DNA of 64,000 bases, taken from the IMG/VR virus record IMGVR_UViG_3300001528_000259, positions 1-64,000 of that record. One strand, 5' to 3'. Below, piece after piece: positions 59,539-64,000 of this stretch. Source of the stretch: a virus. Taxonomy: Duplodnaviria > Caudoviricetes. Below the pieces are notes generated by a model. That model saw only the letters and a list, made by a program, of their open reading frames with translations. It ran no database searches and was not told the origin of the DNA. The position numbers and the translations under genes were made by a program. Positions within the stretch are counted from its first letter, which is position 1; every line of letters starts with the position of its first letter.

Positions 59539-60099
59539 ATGGAAGAACAAAAATATTTCTATAATTCAATAATAGTAAAATTGGTTTGCGTAATTATATT
59601 TCTCATAATAATCATAATCGCAATTCCAAAGAAACCAGAAACGATTGAGACTATCAAAGAAATTGAAAAAGAAGTTATAGTTGAGGTTCAAAAAGAGCCA
59701 ACCTATGCATACAATATAACATCCGCAGAGCGTGAAATGCTTGCAAGATTAGTATATCGTGAAGCAAACACAGAAAGTCTTGAATGTCAAATGGCAGTTG
59801 TGTCGGTCGTAATCAACAGATGGCAAGATCAAAGATGGGGAGGCACTATAGAAGAAGTTATATATTCGCCTTATCAATTTACGCCTGCAAATTTACTATA
59901 TCAAACAACACCAACAGAATTAAACTACACAGCAGTAGATTTAGTACTGCAAAATGGTTCAATCTTGCCACCATATTGTTTATATTTTCGAGCCGATAAG
60001 CACTTCGACTGGATAGATTATGAACCATATACACAAATAGACTACACTTGTTTCGGTTATGTTCAAGAGGATGTGGAAAAATGCAAAAAAGATCTATAA
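59539..60099 (+). CDS. Membrane-anchored SleB-like cell wall hydrolase (Hydrolase_2)
   Basis: TM helix; LARLVYREA...AVVSVVINR...QF...LYF. Confidence 0.85.
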   Translation: MEEQKYFYNSIIVKLVCVIIFLIIIIIAIPKKPETIETIKEIEKEVIVEVQKEPTYAYNITSAEREMLARLVYREANTESLECQMAVVSVVINRWQDQRWGGTIEEVIYSPYQFTPANLLYQTTPTELNYTAVDLVLQNGSILPPYCLYFRADKHFDWIDYEPYTQIDYTCFGYVQEDVEKCKKDL

Positions 60100-60266
60100 C
60101 TATTTCGGTTCCACCGACTACAACTTCAGAAGAAATTGCAAAAATCAGAGAACAATTCAAACAGGACGAAACTATGAAAGACTGCCGACTGAATATATTA
60201 ATTAGCGGCAACGAAAAATTTCAAGAAAATTTATATAATTTTGTAAAGACTATGGTAAATCCATAG
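60081..60266 (+). CDS. Small hypothetical protein upstream of the integrase
   Basis: GAGGA RBS. Confidence 0.6.
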   Translation: MQKRSITISVPPTTTSEEIAKIREQFKQDETMKDCRLNILISGNEKFQENLYNFVKTMVNP

Positions 60267-60271
60267 TCTTT
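60245..60271. promoter_or_regulatory. Palindrome next to the putative integrase promoter
   Basis: AAAGACTATGG-TAAAT-CCATAGTCTTT followed by TGCTACAAT. Confidence 0.5.
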
Positions 60272-60327
60272 TATGCTACAATAATGTTATAAGAAAAAAC
60301 AATAATGTTAAAAAAGGAGAACGCATT

Positions 60328-62352
60328 ATGATAGAAAATAAAATTGTTGTAGCATACCTAAGACTATCCGTTGATGACGGAGATGATAAAGAAAGTTCAA
60401 GTATTAGTAATCAAAGAAAGATTATTGAACAATATGCTAAAGAAAATGGACTAATTATATCTAAATTTTATATAGATGACGGGTATAGTGGATATAAAAT
60501 GGAAAGACCTGCCTTTGACCAATTAAGATATGATTTAAATCATGATAAAGTAGATGTAATAATTGTAAAAGATTTATCAAGACTTGGAAGACATAGCGCC
60601 AAAGTGCAATTATTCTTAGAAAATATATATAATGTAGGAAAAAGAATTATTACTATTGGAGATAATTACGATACAGATAAAGAAGAAACTCATTCAATGG
60701 CGGGTATTTACGCTTGGGTAAATGAAATGCAAGTTAAAAACACGTCAAGAAAAGTTAGAGATAGTTTGCACGCATTACAAAGAGAAGGTAAATTACTTTG
60801 TAATGTTCCTTACGGATATTATAAAGATGATAAAGATAAAACAAAGTGTCACGTCGATTATACTATCGCTCCATATGTACAACAAATCTTTGATATGTAT
60901 GCTAATGGAATGGGCGTTAAAGAAATAGCTAGAGTGTTATCTGAAAGCAACATACCAACGCCAACTATGGTTAAAAAACAAAGACAAGAGACAGAAGGTC
61001 AAATAAGTAAAATAAAAGTAAGTGGCATTTGGGACACTAGTGTTATTATCAAGATATTAAAAAATGAATTCTACCTTGGGACATTGGTGCTTAACAAAAC
61101 AAAAACAAGGTCAATTAGAGGGAAAAAAGTTAACACAGATCCCGAAGAACATTTAAAATTCGAGGATCATCATGAAGCAATTATAGATGCACAAACGTTT
61201 AAGTTGGTACAAGATCTTAGAACAAGTCGAAGATGCAATCATTTCAGAGGAAAGAAAAGTAAGGTAAGGAAAAACTTATTCGCAGGAATAATCTATTGTG
61301 CAGATTGTGGAGCACTTTTGACTACATCGGGAGCAACAGCGAATACGAGATACATATGCAAAACATATAATGTTTTTGGCACAAGCAAATGTACTAATCA
61401 CGCTATTATGGAAAACGACATATTAGAAGTTCTGTTTGACTTGCTGAAAGATTGTAGAGACAACTTGCAAGATGTCTTAGTCGATATAAATAATATCATT
61501 CATGCAGAACTTAAAGCAAGGGGTAAGAAAGAAAACAATGAGCTTGACCTTGTTAAAATGTTAGACAATAGTAAAAAAGCATTAGAAGTTCTGATCGAGA
61601 TGAAAATGAAAGAAATTGTAAAGAACCCGACAATGGCAGATATTATCGATAAAACGTACAATGAAATGCAAAACGAAAAGTATAAAGAAATTAGAATGCT
61701 GGAACAACAAATTGCAGATCAACAAGATATAGACATAGACGAAAAGCAATTAAAGGATGATGTTAATGCAGCCCTGACTATCATCAATAAAGTATTAACA
61801 AGTGGAGAGATTACGAAAAAGCAAATATTAATGTTAGTAGATAGATTAGTTGTGTATGAAGACAGTGGAATTGATATATACTTAAAAGGAAACTTACACG
61901 AATTAAGCCAAAATTATTTCAAAGTTAATGAAACAGCAATGAATAAAACGAAAATGTATTTATATGAATATATAGCAAATCATCAAAACAAGTTCACTAA
62001 AGACGAATGTACATTATATGTAAAAGATAAAGGGGTTAAGACTAATTATAAGATTATATCTCGTATAATCAATGAAGAACTTGGTAATATGGTTGAATTA
62101 AGAGAAATGAGGCATGGATATAGGCTAACCGCACCATTACAAGACGTTGAGCGTGTACTGCTTGGTAACATTGTCGTAGGTGCAGAGAAATGTCTGTACT
62201 CCAATAATGTTAAATATGGAAAGCGTATGGAATCTATCGACAATATCGTTAGTAGAAAGAAGAGATTGCCACTCAACAATGTTACATTTGCATTACTTAC
62301 AAAAATCAGCGATTGGACACAAGGATTACAACCACAAAACAACAGATTTTAA
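60328..62352 (+). CDS. Large serine recombinase (integrase)
   Basis: YLRLS, DDGYSG, KDLSRLGR, PYGY, CADCG Zn ribbon, coiled coil. Confidence 0.95.
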   Translation: MIENKIVVAYLRLSVDDGDDKESSSISNQRKIIEQYAKENGLIISKFYIDDGYSGYKMERPAFDQLRYDLNHDKVDVIIVKDLSRLGRHSAKVQLFLENIYNVGKRIITIGDNYDTDKEETHSMAGIYAWVNEMQVKNTSRKVRDSLHALQREGKLLCNVPYGYYKDDKDKTKCHVDYTIAPYVQQIFDMYANGMGVKEIARVLSESNIPTPTMVKKQRQETEGQISKIKVSGIWDTSVIIKILKNEFYLGTLVLNKTKTRSIRGKKVNTDPEEHLKFEDHHEAIIDAQTFKLVQDLRTSRRCNHFRGKKSKVRKNLFAGIIYCADCGALLTTSGATANTRYICKTYNVFGTSKCTNHAIMENDILEVLFDLLKDCRDNLQDVLVDINNIIHAELKARGKKENNELDLVKMLDNSKKALEVLIEMKMKEIVKNPTMADIIDKTYNEMQNEKYKEIRMLEQQIADQQDIDIDEKQLKDDVNAALTIINKVLTSGEITKKQILMLVDRLVVYEDSGIDIYLKGNLHELSQNYFKVNETAMNKTKMYLYEYIANHQNKFTKDECTLYVKDKGVKTNYKIISRIINEELGNMVELREMRHGYRLTAPLQDVERVLLGNIVVGAEKCLYSNNVKYGKRMESIDNIVSRKKRLPLNNVTFALLTKISDWTQGLQPQNNRF

Positions 62353-62355
62353 ACG

Positions 62356-62417
62356 GAGCCGCAAGGCTCTTTTCTTTTTGTGCAAAAAAATAAGAGCCAC
62401 CATATTTGGTGACTCTT
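62356..62417. terminator. Back-to-back terminators between convergent units
   Basis: GAGCC-GCAA-GGCTC plus T tract (+); A tract plus AAGAGCCACC/GGTGACTCTT (-). Confidence 0.75.
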
Positions 62418-62421
62418 ACTA

Positions 62422-62520
62422 TTACCCATTTAATAACCCCATCAGCAAGTCCCTTGGGTTTGTAGGGGCAACTTGCTCTCTCGTAAACGAAAGCCCTTTT
62501 AGTGGCTCTAATGGTGTCAT
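62422..62520 (-). other. Orphan TubZ-C-terminus-like mini ORF or relic
   Basis: ...PTNPRDLLMGLLNG versus TubZ ...PVTSSRDLLMQFMK. Confidence 0.5.
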
Positions 62521-62611
62521 ATCTTGAATGAAGTTGCCGCTATTTATATTCTTGACAGTTTGCCAGAAAATTATTCTCGAATGATATAATTTTTGGAATA
62601 ATGAAAAACAC

Positions 62612-62639
62612 AAAAAAATAGAACACCAAGTGGTGTTCT
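62612..62639 (-). terminator. tubZ terminator
   Basis: AGAACACC/GGTGTTCT with an A tract on the + strand. Confidence 0.7.
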
Positions 62640-63666
62640 ATTTCATAAATTGCATCAACAAGTCTCTGCTACTTGTTACGGGCGTTTGAGTGTTTGTTGC
62701 TTGCGTAGGCATAATTGTGTTTAATGCATTAAATGTAATTGAATTCTTAGTTAACAAATTTTCTTTAACAATCTTAGACATACTATTAACTTTATCTTCG
62801 AACCTTTTGATACGTTGAGCTGGCAATTGCAGTCCTGTCAGAATAGCCACCGTAGTTGCCTCAGAATAGCCGATAAAAGTGTCATATGGCACACCAAATT
62901 CTTTCTCTAAGGAAGTAGTTAGGAAAGATTTGTTTGAGGTGGAAATGCCCAAGTACATTAAAGTTTTGGACTCTATATCGGCATATATTCCGTTTCTAAG
63001 ACCACTTATAACATCAGTAACCGTACTCTTGTTTTTGCTTTGCTTGGATAGCACAGCGACTCCTGGAGTAGATAAAAGCGTCTTAATTTCACTCTTATCC
63101 AAATTTCCCATTTGACTGCAGTTATTAATATTTATAAACGCATCCATATCTCTAACAAATTTGTTGTTGATACTGAACTTATCTTCATATTTAGAATTAT
63201 CTAATAGAAACGTTGCACCAAGTCCTTGGATGTTGTTTAACTCAGCAAACGCATTGTAGGCGTTCTCGCAGCTTCGTATGGACTCTTTTGTGTCATCCGG
63301 CATAACTAATGCCATAATAACATTTCGTCCATTCTGAGCCAAGTATGAGGCTATAAAAGTACTTAACCCAGAGCCCGTACCGCCACCCAATGACGAACAT
63401 ATCAAAATATATTTTTCTTTAAGAATAGAAGTGATGTTTTCTATAATTTCATCAATAGATTGTGCGGCAAGTCGTAATATTGCCTGCCTGTCTTTCGATG
63501 CCCCTTCACCGTTTCTAATATGGATGCGATGCTTTGCATTTTTAATTGAATTGAGATCTTCGATAGAACTATTAACATATGCCACATTATATCCAAGTTC
63601 CTCAAATCCATGCGCTATGTTAGAGCCTGCCGCTCCAAGTCCTAAAACTGATATCTGTTCTTTCAT
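62638..63666 (-). CDS. tubZ: Tubulin/FtsZ-family GTPase, TubZ-like
   Basis: GLGAAGSNI, GGGTGSG signature. Confidence 0.85.
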   Translation of the reverse strand: MKEQISVLGLGAAGSNIAHGFEELGYNVAYVNSSIEDLNSIKNAKHRIHIRNGEGASKDRQAILRLAAQSIDEIIENITSILKEKYILICSSLGGGTGSGLSTFIASYLAQNGRNVIMALVMPDDTKESIRSCENAYNAFAELNNIQGLGATFLLDNSKYEDKFSINNKFVRDMDAFININNCSQMGNLDKSEIKTLLSTPGVAVLSKQSKNKSTVTDVISGLRNGIYADIESKTLMYLGISTSNKSFLTTSLEKEFGVPYDTFIGYSEATTVAILTGLQLPAQRIKRFEDKVNSMSKIVKENLLTKNSITFNALNTIMPTQATNTQTPVTSSRDLLMQFMK

Positions 63667-63667
63667 A

Positions 63668-63919
63668 TTATTGTACCTCCTTCAAAAGCGCAATCCCTAA
63701 TTGTGTGATATAGTGAGTGTTGAATTTGCCATCTTTAATACCTTGTGCAATATAACCGCCGTGGTTTAAAAAACTAATCGCTCTATGCAGAGTAGCATAG
63801 CTTTTCCCAAGCGGACAAAAACGCTCAATTTCCTCATTTGTAATTGCGGTAGCAATTGATGTCGCCTGTGACTTTCCTAAAATTGACAATAAAATCAAAT
63901 GTGTTCTGTTAAGTTCCAT
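63668..63919 (-). CDS. Winged-helix protein, TubR-like
   Basis: Small wHTH-like ORF (YITQLG) coupled upstream of tubZ. Confidence 0.6.
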   Translation of the reverse strand: MELNRTHLILLSILGKSQATSIATAITNEEIERFCPLGKSYATLHRAISFLNHGGYIAQGIKDGKFNTHYITQLGIALLKEVQ

Positions 63920-63973
63920 TATATTCTCTCCCCTTCTTTCAATTGTAATCAATTGTGTTCAAAATCTATCCTA

Positions 63974-64000
63974 ATCATACTATTACATATATTAATTGTC
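63974..64000 (-). promoter_or_regulatory. tubRZ promoter (-35 cut by the window edge)
   Basis: Minus strand GACA-17-TATGAT. Confidence 0.5.

Noticed and set aside
80-62342. Numerous short minus-strand ORFs
   Set aside because: Shadow frames of + strand genes with no RBS or recognisable motifs
1-64000. Genome-wide TAG reassignment
   Set aside because: TAG ends several genes at sensible positions (dnaE, amidase, 8495), long genes are uninterrupted, and no CTA-anticodon tRNA is present in the window
1-64000. CRISPR array, retron or DGR
   Set aside because: No regularly spaced repeats, cas genes, reverse transcriptase or TR/VR pair seen; the repeated element is dispersed, not arrayed

Overview
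This is a 64 kb AT-rich segment of a large temperate Firmicutes (probably Clostridia) phage with SPbeta/c-st-like organisation. Almost all genes lie on the + strand. In order, it carries small accessory genes, a tyrosine recombinase beside an MrpR/YopR-like repressor, and a replication module (SSB-like, Sak4-like ATPase, DnaB, primase, RecJ-like, DnaE). Interspersed are two DNA methyltransferases, a vWA + PurA-like operon and eight free-standing homing endonucleases. The right end holds a tRNA/ncRNA operon, an amidase, nucleotide metabolism genes (ThyX, Gmk, NrdD/G, dUTPase), a large serine recombinase and a convergent TubR/TubZ pair. Five signals stand out. (1) About 28 co-oriented copies of an asymmetric ACAAYACAAAATGATT element, with the only inverted copy I saw inside the repressor gene's own promoter. 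(2) A TTGTAAA-N4-TTGTAAA box at a fixed distance upstream of the -35 of about ten promoters, in a phage that encodes an RNAP alpha-CTD-like protein. (3) An in-frame TAG in a hairpin loop just before the P-loop of an otherwise intact purA-like gene, possibly a natural stop-hop. (4) Several unannotated structured or tRNA-mimic RNAs between the tRNAs. (5) Tandem att-like palindromes in the integrase 3' end and an orphan copy of the TubZ tail. All calls are by eye; no searches were run.
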